DNA of 64,000 nt. It comes from the human T2T-CHM13v2.0 reference genome, Homo sapiens. The position numbers and the translations under genes were made by a program. The stretch lies in NCBI RefSeq assembly GCF_009914755.1, contig NC_060929.1. One strand, written 5' to 3'. Below, one piece after another: positions 29,670-43,793 of this stretch (position 1 is the stretch's first letter; each line of letters begins with the position of its first letter). The notes beneath the pieces were generated by a model, which was not told where the DNA came from, searched no databases, and worked only from the letters and a program-made list of their open reading frames with translations.

Positions 29670-29901
29670 TGATGGATTAAAACCTCAGATTTTATTTTAC
29701 TTATAAAGAAAAATATATATGAAATTATATTAGACACTGGCATCTTAAAATTTCTTCTAAAACACAAGCTACTTAGCTGCAAGCTTGATGGATTAAAACC
29801 TCAGATTTTATTTTACTTATAAAGAAAAATATATAAGAAATTATATGAGACACTGGCATCTTAAAATTTCTCCTAAAACACAAGCTACTTAGCTGCAAGC
29901 T
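29670..29901 (+). repeat. Head-to-tail tandem duplication, 116 bp x 2
   Basis: Units 29670-29785 and 29786-29901 differ at 3 positions. Confidence 0.96.
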
Positions 29902-30756
29902 ATGACTCATGGAATTAGCAATCATAAATTCATAGAGGTAGACATTTTTATGCTTTAGTAGGAAGATTCAATACTTCTCTATATGTTTTTTCTCTTCCTA
30001 CCATGAAAATTGATGGTGAAGTAGTTTATTTCTGCTGAGGAGAAAAGGAAGGATAATTCACATGTTTTCTGTAGAGAATGTGAATTAAGAATTCCTTAAG
30101 GGAATTCCTTTAGGGTATATACGTCGTGTATTTATTTCCACACACTCTATTAGAATGTGAAAAGAAAAGCTCGAAATGTCAATAACTCCTCTCAGATCAC
30201 AAGATTACCAATCTGGAAAATTTGAAATCATACCCGGGATTTCCTGACACAAAAATCTTCATGCCACAGTGGCATTAGCTCAAGGAATTTAGCCCTTGTA
30301 ACTTGCAGAGTTTATAGGACAGAGTTGGTGTATTTTGAGAGGGAGAGATAGAGAGAAAAGAGAAATAAAGAGGAGGAGAATAAGGAGGAAATGAAGAAGC
30401 AGAATGAGAGAGGGGGGACATGATCATAAAAGTGGTCACTATCTAAGAATTTGAAAATATACATCAGGCAGATGTAGTTATTTTAATACATCACTAAAGA
30501 TGTTTCAAACTTAGAATGCTTTTTTTTATTTTTGCTTGCATTTTATTTCTGTTATTAGTATTCAATGTGATCTGTGTTTTCAAAAGCTCTGTCTTTCTTG
30601 CTGATATATTTAATAATCATACTGATAAAATCATAGGGCTGCCCAGGGATTCTGCAAAGGGCTACTCTTCTCCAGATTGCCAAACCTTCAGCACAACTAC
30701 TCCATTCAGCAAAATGGAATTTACTAACAAATTTAGATAATTTACTAAGAGCATAA

Positions 30757-30853
30757 CAGATGCTCCTTGACTTACGATGGAGTTGCATCATAATAAACCC
30801 ATTACAGAGCTGAAAAATGGTAAGATGAACTATCATGGGTAAGAGACTATCTA
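30757..30853. mobile_element. Internally deleted MER47/Tigger-family element
   Basis: cagatgctccttgacttacgatgg...ataaaccc start and decayed inverted end. Confidence 0.6.
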
Positions 30854-31054
30854 AATATGGCAAAAAAGAAAATTAAACTGTAGACTTTCACAATAGGTTT
30901 ACCTGTGAGTAAATATCATTAGATAGCACAGGAAAGTATCACTTTTCTGCTTAAAGAGGTGTAATTTGCCACTCCCTCTTGATATGAAACTCATTGCACA
31001 TAGTCAGAAGCCCTGTGGTTTAGCCTAAACAAGAACCCAGGTTTTTTTTTTTTT

Positions 31055-31685
31055 TTTTGGATGTAGAAATTGATGTTTCTGGATCATAAGGCAGTTCTAT
31101 TTCTTAATATTGTGTTGAATTCCTATGCCGTTTCATTCCCACCAACAGTATGGCTCTCCAACCTCATCAACACCTGTCTTGTTTTTTGATGATAGCCATC
31201 CTAGCTAGTATGAGGTGATATCTCCTTGTGGTTTGGATTTATATTCTTCTGATGACTAGTGTTGTTGATTATCTTTTTATATACCTGTTGTCCACATCCA
31301 ATAGAATTATAATCGGGATCTCATAGAGATACCTGCACTCCTATGTTCACTGCTGCATGAACCTCAAAGACATTATGTAATGTAAAATAAGCCAGTAACA
31401 GAACAAATACTGCATGATCTTACTTATATGAGGAATCTGAAAATGTCAAACTCACAGTGTCAAGAATAGAATAAATGGTGGTTTTCCAGGGGCTGAGTGA
31501 GAGGGAAATGAGTTGTTGCTGTTTAATGTGTATAAAGATTTAGATGTGCAAGATGAATAAGTTCTAAAGGCTGTACAACACTGTGCCTACAGTTAATGAT
31601 ACTGTATCGGACACTTAAAAATTGTTTAAAAGGTAGTTCTCATTAAGTGCCATTACCACAATTAAAAAACAAAATAAAATAAAAC
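31055..31685 (+). mobile_element. Short L1MA-like 3' end with an inverted 5' portion
   Basis: 31055-31295 is antisense L1 (cattcccaccaacag, tatgaggtgatatctc); 31297-31685 is sense L1 (gagatacctgcactcctatgttc ... gatgaataagttcta). Confidence 0.8.
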
Positions 31686-32259
31686 AGTAAATAATGCAGC
31701 CAGTAACTATATATTGAATGGGACATTATTTTTTGTGCTCTTAGTCACATCCTTCTGCTTTCCAGAGTTGATGGAGCATATAGAATTCTGTTGCCATGTG
31801 TGCATTCATGAAATCATTCACACATTTGTCTTAATAATTGTTGTTTCTGGATGAAAAAATAAGAAAGAAACAGCTATGGGATCCTGCTTCAAATATTTCT
31901 CTACTGTTGGCCAACAGACCCTCAAATAGACTTTGAAAGGATGTCTGTACCTTGGCAATGTGATTTCAGAAGCAGCCTCTCCTGGCCAGGTTAGATTCTA
32001 ACAGCATTGGAATCAAAGGTCCGCATTGTAGGGAATTTCCTTCAAGAGATGGCAGAAACATGGTAAGTAAACTCGGGTTACTGAAAGTTCTGATGCCAAC
32101 TGCTCAGGATACAGTCTTTTGTATAACAGAAAAAAGAGTGAGAACTGGAAAAATAAGGTCCATCTTGTTTCAAGTGGCCATTAGCCCTTAGGATCTTCTC
32201 TCTGTAGAGAACCAACTATCAATGCTACTATCGCTACCATTTAGAGAAAATGATCTTGG

Positions 32260-32800
32260 CTTGAGGGATTAACGAAGCCTCCTATAAATTCTTTGACAAT
32301 AGTCCCATCAGTCATCTGGGTCTATTTGCCTTCTCCTTAAATTTGTGCTGGCCTGTGACTGCTTTAATCAAGGCAGTACAATGAAAGTGACATTAGCAGT
32401 TTTTGCTCTGTTCTTGAGGGGTTTAGAAGCTGCTGCCTTGATCTCTTTAGCCTGTGAGCTTTCTGGTAAGTGATCTAGCTAGATTGTTAATGACACCATG
32501 TAGAGAGGCTCTGCAATCACATGGAGAAAGTGAGGCATCCAGCTGGGCCTAGTCTCCTAGCTGTTCCTACTAAGGCACTAGGCATCTCACTGCACCCATC
32601 CTTGAACCTCCCTGGACCCATCCTTGAACCTCCACACAAGTTGATATGTCAGATGGATGCTTTACCCAGTATTCCAAACCAACGTCATACGGATTAAGAA
32701 ATTGCCTAGACAATCCCTGCTAAATTTCCTGGCTTCCAAAATTCTTGTTTTGAAAGCTCTCCATAGTAGTTTGATTTACCCCAAAGGAAAACCAGTTATG
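32260..32800 (+). mobile_element. Old MaLR LTR (MLT1G/H-like)
   Basis: aaattctttgaca...ggcctgtgactgcttt...gaaagtgaca...ccatgtagagaggc...aaatttcctggc. Confidence 0.55.
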
Positions 32801-33804
32801 TTTGGTTTTCTAGATCAATTGCTAAGACCATTAAATCATACTATATATTGTGTACCTACTATGTCCTCTTGCCTTCCTCTCTTTCTGCCTCTCTTCCTCT
32901 CACTGTCTCTCTCCAGAAATGGAGTGCATGACATATAGAGAAACAAACATAACTCACAAATGGAATATTTCAGCTATGGTCCATTGTAAGCATATTTCAT
33001 GAGTTCAGGTATATGTTGTATTTAGAGGATAAGCAAGTGAAGGAAAATGAACCTGACCTCCAAATAATTGCTGTTTAGTCAACACATAGAACACGACTTC
33101 CTGTAATTAATGAATAGTTATAAAGAATTTTAGCATCAGGAAACTTACACTCTATGGGGAGTATTGAGATTATCTATGCTATTTATGGGATACTATTAAT
33201 CAAGAAAATTAGAAAGATAACTAAAAACATTTAAATATCCTATACAAGTTATATTTCATTTCTAGATTTAGTTAAGTATGATTTCCCAAAATAGCTTATT
33301 CATGTGGCTTATAAAAAATTTGTGTGCTCAAAATGCAAACCCATATGAGAAATATTATCATATAGACATATGATGCTTATTTATTCATTGGCATATTTTT
33401 ATCTTATTCTGCTTTTTTTTGGTTTTTGCTTTGATGGTTTAAATGAGTTCAAAAGATGAGATGCTTTATGTAGATTTTTTTAGTCACAGTTACTATTAGA
33501 GAAAGGGTATTTAATATGAATGTCACAAAAACACTTGGAATACGTGTTGTTGAGACAACTATATTTAGAGTCATATAATTTTAAATATATTAAAACACTA
33601 CTATATAAGTATATACATATATCAATGACCATCTAGTTCCATTAGTAATGATATAATTGACAACATAGGTCCATAAGTAACTGAACATTGATTTCTCCTG
33701 CATTACCAATTTAGTTATTGTGACATCTGGTTTCCTAATTTATAAAAAATGATTTATTTCTCTTTTATATCATGATTTAATTTATAATGCATTATGTCAC
33801 ACTC

Positions 33805-34134
<330 letters not shown>

Positions 34135-34374
34135 GCCATACTCATTAATCTAAAAAGACATGGCCACTTTCCAGCAAGTTGGCTGTCATGTTAGGCATGC
34201 TATATGTATATACAATATATGAATATTATTAAAGCATGCCTACATATCATATACATGTTATTTATGTCACATGTAGCAAATATGCAGCACTGAAGTAAAC
34301 ACATATATCTGATTCCTAAAATTATTAAGATTTCAGAGATATGTATATGCTTTTTTCCTTTAGCATATAGTTTT

Positions 34375-34600
34375 AAGTAGAGTCCAGAATTGGGCCAAAG
34401 TAGCCAGAACTTTATACACCCTCCTTCATTCTGTCACTGGATGAGTGCTGTCCTGGAAATGGTGCCACTTCAGGAAAGGTTGAGATAGTTCTGAAGGAGC
34501 TGACAGCTGGAAGTGTGCTGCTGAATGCACTCCCCATGCTGGAGAGCAAGTTTTTCCCTAAAGGAAGCTCAGGACCACACGTCTCTATGTCTACCAGACA
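34375..34600. mobile_element. Old ERVL-class LTR fragment (LTR40-like)
   Basis: ctgaaggagctgacagctggaag...ctgctgaatgcactccc resembles a recalled consensus. Confidence 0.4.
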
Positions 34601-34679
34601 GCAAACCTGCTTTGTTCCCCTTAATCTCTAGTACAAGCCCTTCCGATGTTGATTAAGGTTGCATGCTACACTGAAAATA

Positions 34680-34940
34680 CTAAGGATAGAGGTTAAGCAA
34701 GTGTGAGATCATGAAGAGTGGCCTTGGATTCCTTTATCCTGAGAGCTGTAAACAGTTATTCATTCCTTCAATTGGTAGCTATAGAATGCCCTCTTGAATC
34801 CAGGCACTGTTCTAGGTGGAGAAAATTGCTGCCCTTGTAACGGTGGCATTCTAGGAAGGGCAGATTAGTGAAAAAAAAAAAAAGATAATTAAATCATACA
34901 TAATAATACCATATATAGCAGATTAGTTGTGGTTAATGCT
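34680..34940 (+). repeat. Local direct duplication B, copy 1
   Basis: Colinear with 36244-36594. Confidence 0.95.
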
Positions 34941-35254
34941 CTTATTTTCTGTGGTTCTCATGTTGCCACATCCAACAGGTAATTGCTGTCCTCATACCAC
35001 CCTCAGTAATACTGGCCCCAGGCAATTATGCCTATCCTTCTGAGAGATTATTTCCTTGTCTTTCTCAATTCTACTGCCTTGTTTTGTATTGCCATTACAT
35101 TAATTTCTTATTTTCATGCAAATTTAATTCTTGTTTTTGACAAATTATTTGTTTTTTTTTTCCCCACTAGAACAAAAGCTCTACAAGACCAAGGATCTTT
35201 GTTTACTGTGTTTTCATTGCTGTGCCCTCATTGCCTAAAACAATCTGCAAATCA

Positions 35255-36009
35255 TATTGTCCTCAAATACCACAAACTGAGTGATTACAAAAAAAAAGCA
35301 AAAAAGTATTGTTGCACTGTTCTGGAATCTAGAAGTCTGAAATCAAGGTGTTGGCAGGGTTGCTTTCTTCTTGGGGCAGTATGGGATTGCTCGGTCCCAA
35401 GCCTCTCTCCCTGGCTTATCATTGGCTGTTTTCCTACTCACGTGGACTTTTCCCCATATGTTCAAATCATCTTTCCTTTGTGTGTATCTCTATGTTCAAA
35501 TTTCCTTTTTTCATAAGGCACCAATCATAATGGATTATGGCCCACTGAGACAGCCAGATGGGAGGGGGTCCCTGGCAAAACTCCAACTGGCCTGTGCACT
35601 GGGGTAGAGCCACAGAAGTTCACCCCATTTGCAGCAGGGAGGAGAAGCCTGGCCCCTCCTTTTCCTGGGTGGAACTTGGGATTCAAACAACGAGGCAGAA
35701 AGCACTCTAGCAAGGACTCAGGCCTTGAAGAGAGTCCCTTTTCCCCCCTTTTCTTCCTTTTCACTCAATAAAGCCTTGTGTTACTCACCCTTAAAAGCAT
35801 CTGCCAGCCTAAACTTTCAAGGCTGTGGGACAAGGACCTGTCTTTAGCTGAACTAAGGAAAAGCCCTGTAACACCACAGCATGTCACTTTAACTTGATGA
35901 TTTCTGTAAAACCCATAACTCCAAAGAAGGTCACATTCTGAGTTACTGGGGGCTAGGGCTTCAATATATGACTTTTTCATGGGGAGAGGACACCACTCAA
36001 GCGACAACA
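35255..36009 (-). mobile_element. MaLR LTR (MLT1B-like) split by an ERV1 LTR
   Basis: aataccacaaactgagtg...ctagaagtctgaaatcaaggtgttggcaggg...aggtcacattctgag...ggcttcaatatatga. Confidence 0.8.
35546..35873 (+). mobile_element. ERV1 solo LTR (MER61-like), 328 bp
   Basis: TG...CA termini, 4-bp TSD CCAC (35542-35545 / 35874-35877), internal AATAAA at 35767. Confidence 0.8.
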
Positions 36010-36243
36010 CTAAAGCAAAATAACAAATAGCACCAAGAAAAAAATAAAAACATATTGACTGTGTAAATTTGTTCTTTGAGCCCATATTAAAGATATTAGT
36101 TAAGCAAAATCACAAGTGTTGACTTGACCAAAAAGGGCCTGAAGTCACTCAAGAAGAGCACACAAGATGTGAAAAACAGATGTGCGAAAGAACACAACGC
36201 CAGAGAAAACATGGAGATGGAGAAAGACTTTTGTGTGGGTTCC

Positions 36244-36594
36244 CTAAGGATAGAGGTTAACCAAGTGTGAGATCATGAAGAGTGGCCTTGGATTCCTTTA
36301 TCCTGAGCACTATAAACAGTTATTCATTCCTTCAATTGGGATAGAGGTTAAGCAAGTGTGAGATCATGAAGAGTGGCCTTGGATTCCTTTATTCTGAGAG
36401 CTATAAACAGTTATTAATTCCTTCAGTTGGTAGCTATAGAGTGCCCTCTTGAATCCAGGCACTATTCTAGGTGGAGAAAATTGCTGCCCTCATAACACTG
36501 ACATTCTAGGAAAGGCAGATTAGTGAAAAAAAAAAAGATAATTAAATCATACCTAATAATACCATATATAGCAGATTAGTTGTTGTTAATTGCT
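36244..36594 (+). repeat. Local direct duplication B, copy 2, with an extra internal 91-bp tandem unit
   Basis: gatagaggttaa at 36249 and 36340; the remainder matches 34776-34940. Confidence 0.95.
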
Positions 36595-36645
36595 GAGGAA
36601 AATTAAACATTTAGTTTGGGCTTATGGTTTTAACTAGGACTATAA

Positions 36646-37547
36646 TAGTGATATGCTGGAATTAGCTAGTTCTGGGTCACAAGTGCTGATTATTATGCTT
36701 TCAAAAATTTCGAGAGCTGGCTCATAGATATAATTATAATTAAACATTAAATTATATAAACTTAAAAGTTCCCTTTCACTTTAAAAAGTAATAAATATTG
36801 AAAACTCACTACTTTCAAATTGTGTTACTATATTTTACCATTATCTATAATTTTGATGTTATTTATGTCTACTTTATCTGTATGGTGTAAATATTATAGA
36901 ACAATGTGTTCATCTTTTCTCAACTCCATGTTCAATCGTGTCACCTTGGTAACTTGAAAATCAGTGGCAGTGGATGTATTGATCTGGTGATTGTCTAGAC
37001 TTGAGAAAGTAAAGGAGAAAACAACTAAAGCAGTTTAAACCCCAAAGTAACCATTACATTGCAAGGAACACAAAACATTGAAGAAATAGTATCCTAAATA
37101 ATAAAAATGATTTTTAGCTTAGCAAAATGCAGCTCATATTGATGAACAAGTGAAATTGAGACGAACATCATTTATCTACACATTTACGTAAGTAAAAATA
37201 TTAGCCAATACCTAAGCCAGAACAAAACTTACTTGCCAATGAACTGAGCAACTTCTTTGCTGAATCAGATAGTAATCAAGCATTTATTTGCAATAAAATA
37301 TTATCAGTATTCAACAGATTGCAACAACTGATTGGTTATGGATGCAAGAGTTCAGTAAAAATCAATGTAAATATTCTGTAAAAATCAATTGACTATGTGG
37401 AATTTCCAATCAAGAGTAATATATATTCTATAATTGCTTGTAAATTGTGTGCTACATATCTTTTATATCTGTAAAATTTATATAAACATACACTTATATA
37501 CATGCATACATATTTCTGGTTGTTAAATATTTACTGGCATGCCACTG
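36646..37547. mobile_element. MER63-like hAT-Blackjack DNA transposon
   Basis: Decayed terminal inverted repeats tagtgatatgctgg / ctggcatgccactg; ggttgttaaatattta near the right end. Confidence 0.7.
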
Positions 37548-37549
37548 AC

Positions 37550-39230
37550 TGCTAGCAATAAACAGGCTTACTTAAAAGAAGTGATAGAGAGGTCTAGGCA
37601 AAAAAGAATCATATGCACAAATGCCCTAATGTGGGTGCTTTCTAGGCTATTTCAGGTACATTCATGGGACCAGAATATCTAAGGTAAAAGTAACAGAAAG
37701 CACCAGTGATGATATCAGAATGATGATGATGGGCCAGGTAATTAAGAGCAGGCACATCACTATCATGCTGTTAGCTTTGTTTGTAAGTAAGATGGGAAGC
37801 CATTGGCAAGTTTTGAGCAGAGGAGTGATGATATGGTTTGGTGCTGTCTCCACCCAAATCTCATTTTGAACTGTAGCTCCCATAATTCCCACGTGTTGTG
37901 GGAGGGACCTGGTGGGAGATACTTGAATCATGGTGGTGGTTTCTCCCATACTGTTCTTATGTAGTGACTAAGTCTCACGAGATCTGATAGTTTTATAAGG
38001 GGTTTCCTCTTTCGCTTGATTCTCATTCTCTCTTGTCTGTTGCCAGGTAAGACATGCCTTTTGCCTGCCACCATGATTGTGGGGGCTCCTCAGCCACGTG
38101 AAACTGTGAGTCCATTAAGTCTCTTATTCTTTATAAATTGCACAGTCTTGGGTATGTCTTTGCCAGCAGTGTGAAAACAGACTAATACAAGTGACATGAT
38201 TTTATATATTTTAACATGATTGTTTTGAAAGTTGCTTTGGGAATAAATTGTGTGGAACAATGATAGAATTAAGGAGATAGGTTAAAAGAGAAATGAAATA
38301 AAGTTAGTTAAAATAGAAGTGAGGAGATGTGGTGAAGTCCTGGATATATGTTGACGGTAGGGTTTCCTGATATCATAGTCATGTGGTGTGAAAGGAAAAC
38401 AGGAATGAAGGATGATCCAAAGTGTTTGACCTAGAATACAGAAAACTGTGAGATGAACTGTTTGTGGGGAGGTGGTTGGAAATCAGGAGTTCAATTTTGG
38501 ATCTACTCTGAGATTATGTCTCAGAGACTCAAGCAGACATATTCAGCTGGCATAACATACACTGGTTTTTAGAGGAGCAAGCTAAAATAGTAATATAAAT
38601 ATGACCAGCATAAAGATACTACTTAAAGCCCTTAACCTTATGAAATTAGCATAGAAATGAGTATGTATAGAAAGAGGCTCAAATACTGGATACTGACACA
38701 TAAGATTGAGAGAAAAGGTAAAAGCAAAAGATGCCCACTGATCATTCAGAAAGAAAAAAAAAAAACTAAGAGGGTATGGCATTCTAGAAACCAACCAGTA
38801 TTTCAAGGGATAGAAATTGTTCCCTTGCGATAAATGCTGTTGCTAAGTAAAGTATGATATGGCCTGAGCAGTGTGAGGAATGGAGTCAGAGACATCATAA
38901 TGAGAACTGTGGCAGTCTGCCCTAAATTTAATAGTGGATATGAAATGAAGAAAATGTTACGTTAAGTGAATTTTTAAGCATAAGAAGACTGGTTGGAAGT
39001 AGAGGATGAGGAAAAGGGAGTGATTCTAATGACACTCAGGTATTTGGCTTAAGTATCTGAGTCAGTGGGGAGACCTCTACAAGATGAGAAGTATCAGGTA
39101 AAGATCAGTGAAGAGAGTGTTAATATGGGATATTTTGACTTTCATGTGCTTAAGAGAGGTATCTATGTGAAAGTCTGATGGAAAGTTGAACACCTGACAC
39201 TCTACAGAAAGGTCTGGGCTGGTGAGTCAA
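37550..39230. mobile_element. L2 remnants (purine-rich on +), interrupted by THE1
   Basis: gatgggaagccattgg...ttttgagcagaggagtga, aatcaggagttcaattttgga, gaaaggtctgggctgg. Confidence 0.65.
37829..38189 (+). mobile_element. THE1 (THE1B/C-like) MaLR solo LTR
   Basis: tgatatggtttgg...cagactaataca; 5-bp TSD AGTGA (37824-37828 / 38190-38194). Confidence 0.93.
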
Positions 39231-39727
39231 GATAATAATGATAACTATGAACAAAAAAGATGAAAATGAACTCATTCTTGCCCAACATAATGAAGAAAGG
39301 GCCACTTATTACAGTTAATGGTCTAAATTGCTCCCTCTTGAATCTTCATTCCCTGAATCATATACTAAAAAATTACCAATCAGGCTGCAAGAGTTATCTT
39401 TTTAAAGAGGCAAGTGAGATAAAAGTCAATCTATCTAATCTTAATGAATATAAAACAATCAAAGACTGGATATTTCGACTGCATATATTACTTTGTCTGT
39501 TTATATAAATATGTCTATTGGTTGAACAAATTAGCTGAATTACTCCTTTAGGTTATCAAGGTATACTTCAAATTTAATCAGATAGCACAATAAGAGGTTG
39601 ACTATATAAATTTTTTTCAACCAAATTTGAAAGACTTTTCACACTATATAGGGATCATTTACATATAATTAGAAAAATAGACAACATATCACAAAAGTGA
39701 AGAAAAAAATTTGTAGAAGAAAATTAA

Positions 39728-40110
<383 letters not shown>

Positions 40111-43100
40111 TAAGATATCCATCCTTATCCCCCTTGCCTACTCATTCATTAGTTATCAATGTGGCCCTTCCTTTGTTAATCTATATCCTATGTGAACTAA
40201 TATCTGATATATAAAACATTTGCTATGGTAGCTTTGTATTCTTAATATTTCAACATTTCCTGAAGTTACAAATGGAATAATGGGTTTAGCAAGGATCCAT
40301 TGGGGTGTGTGTGTGTGTGTGTGTTGTTTTGGTTTTGCTGCTAAGAAGGCTTGTATTTTGTCAGGTGGTCCATGATACTAGAGTTTGGAAGTGGCTACTA
40401 TCTAATTCTCAGGCCAAGGCCTTGCTTCGCCCACTCACTAGTCATTCAATATTTTTCTATCTTATTTCTTAGTAGGGGGATCTAGCAGGAAGTAATAGAA
40501 GTAGGCACCTAAGGCAGTCTATAAAGTAAGTAAAGCAAAGGCTGCATTAAAGAAAGTAACATAATGCAGACTGAATAGAATGAACGGGTCCCCTAGATGT
40601 ATTTGGAAATTTGCATAGAGTTATTTAAAATTTGAAGAATGAGCTCTATTAGAAAACAGGGGAAGAACCCGACAGGATTATAGAGCAAGACCTGAACTAG
40701 AAAGGGAATTAACATGGCAAATAATGGCTAAGGAAGAAGGGCTAAATGAGGCATTGATTTAGTTATATAGAGACTGTTTTTCTCTTAAAATAAAACCAGA
40801 AATTGTATCACTTTTGTTGATTTAGCACCTTTCACTGCTTATTTTAATGCTCTTCAATCTTAGGGTTCCAGAGAACCTATAAATGTCTTTTCACTGACTC
40901 AAGCACCATTTATCAAAGTTATTGCATGATCTCACCAAGCAGGAGTTTAGGCATCTTCCTCTGTGCTATTTCCCTTTCAGAGATAATTCTAAAGGGAATT
41001 AACTAAAGAGAGAGCACCACATTTGAGTACAAGTCGATCATAAGCCTGAAATATTTCACGCATATGAATAATTGAGAAGATGTAACAAATGCAAATTTTT
41101 ACATATTCTCAGTTAAAATGGAAGCAGTGGCACAATATAAGTGAAACATAATGCTTTTCCATTTTGATCCCTTGTTTTGGCATTTGAGAATCAAGCTGAC
41201 TCTCGATTTGTCAATTTTTTCTTTGATCATGTATTAAACTGTAGCAATGTATTTACTTAAGTCCTACGTTTAAGAAATATATTTTTATTTCTTAATCTTT
41301 CTATTAAGGTATCTTTGGCAAGGTCACTTAACCAAACAGTTGGCAAATTCTGAAGCGATTTTCAAGTTACAGGCTTGGTCAAGAAGCTTTACTATATTCC
41401 ACAAAAAAAAATACTTAAAACTTTATTGAAAGACTTATGAAGTCTGTTAAAAATCCTAAAATTAATTTATAAAAATTAAAGACAAGATAATAATGTAATT
41501 TTGAACTACGGAAGATATTAACCATCACCCAATAACTACATTTAAAATCACTGAAAGGTAGTATCACATCTTATCCTATCATTGGCATTTATATGTGTAA
41601 TGAACTATTTAAAAATATCTATTTCCTTTATTATTTGGAAGGATTTCTGTCTCTTTTACTTGGCAAATCCACTTTTTTTGGTCATTAATTGCATGTTTTA
41701 GCCATTTTTTTCTAGGTTATATCTGTAGACTAATTTCATAAATGATTTATTTCGGTCATACAGTATAGTTGAGGGTTTAGAGTAGTAGAGCCAATTGTCT
41801 GCAATGAAACCTTGGTTCCACCATTTCCTTACATAATTTTCCTCCACTCTATATGAAAACACCTAATAATTCATATTTATATGATCAATGTGACATTACA
41901 TTAGTCAGTTTATGAAAACATTTTCCAGCAGTGTATATCACATGGTAAAAGCCCAGTATAATTATCATCTGCTTTAAAAAAATAAAGAGTACTTTCTGTT
42001 TTTTAATTTTGTTCAGAAATGGACATATTTTCTCCAAAGCAGACATATAAGTCTGAAACTTCACAATTCCTGAACCGTTCTCTGATTTGTATTCCTTCCT
42101 CGCCCCCAGTCAGTGAATTCAGAATGGTGAGCTATTTGTTTTGTTCACCCTAGCGTTAGCAATATCATTATTTGTATTAATAGTTCTAGAAATGTGTCTT
42201 TTTTGTTTACAATTCCAACTGGATGCATTTATAACCACATTTTTCACAGGTTGACTACTCCACACTTTCTTACCCAAATGTACAGTTATTTTGCCTTAAT
42301 TCTTTCCGGGTTTCTTCTGGCTGATGATTCTAAAGTTTTCATGTCATTGTTATTTCCAAACACAGGGCTATCTCTTTTTTTCTTGAATATTTTCCTAAAA
42401 TCCTAACTATATTATCAAACCCTTATTACCTGTTATCATGAGTGTCACCCATTTATCTCTAAGGTATGCGCATAATTATGAATACCTTCCATGTACCAGG
42501 TAATATGTTAAAGTGCTTTTTGCAAATATTTCATTTAATTATCCTGTGATCCATATTATGAGTTACAAACACCTGGGATTATAGAACACTTAAAAGCTTA
42601 CTCATGTTCTATCTTTCCTCTTTAACTGGGCACTGTGGTTCAGGTGAAGAAACTGGTTTTATTTGTGCCCCCTCTGTGTTCTACAGGTGCTTCCTCTTCC
42701 ACTGAAGCATCACCCCATGCTCTTGTTTGTATACTCCAACTAGCTGCTGTTTTGCATCAGCTGGCTGCAAAGATCGTTTTCAGACTCTCGGAGGAGGTCA
42801 CTAATTAGAAAATACAGTGTGGTGGTGTGAGTAGTGGCCAACGTAGTGTGCTCATTCACACTGCATTAACTGGCCTTCAGCGTGCTTATTTAGTCCCTTG
42901 TCGTATTCAGAGAAAATGTTTGAAAATTCCTATACATACTGATTTCTGTGATGCTTCTTTCTTCTCTAGTGGATTTACTACGTAGTGTCTTCAACTTTTA
43001 CACTTCATTCTTGCTATGGAACGGAATTTAATAATGATACAGATATCAGCATAATCTGTACCTGTCCACAAATATTAAATACAGCTTATTTCTCCCAATT

Positions 43101-43456
43101 GCATTTTGCATGCTAAAAGGACAAAATTCCAACAAATTAGAAATCACCAAAATAATTCACTTACTTCATTTAATGAAGTCATTAATTCAGTGAACGTTGA
43201 TTGCATTATCAAGTGTTAAGTGCTCAGAATACAAATAAGTACAGAAAACAGTTCCCAAATGGATATTCTCACCGATGGCATGGTGTTACATTTTTATATT
43301 ATATAACTATATTAATTCAAAAGAAATTATTACAAACATTTCTTTATAAAATTATTTTGACCATGAGGCATAGTGGGGTGGGGAGGGAAGGGGAAGTGTC
43401 TCTCCTACTTCATGTTTAAATTACTTTTCTGGCTACCGAAACTTGTTTTTGATTTG

Positions 43457-43793
<337 letters not shown>

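Noticed and set aside
35028-35516. Longest ORF in the track (162 aa)
   Set aside because: Runs across repeat-derived (L2-like and MLT1) sequence and has no recognisable domain.
35546-35873. p53 response element in the MER61-like LTR
   Set aside because: Some MER61 subfamilies carry one, but I could not find a convincing pair of RRRCWWGYYY half-sites here.
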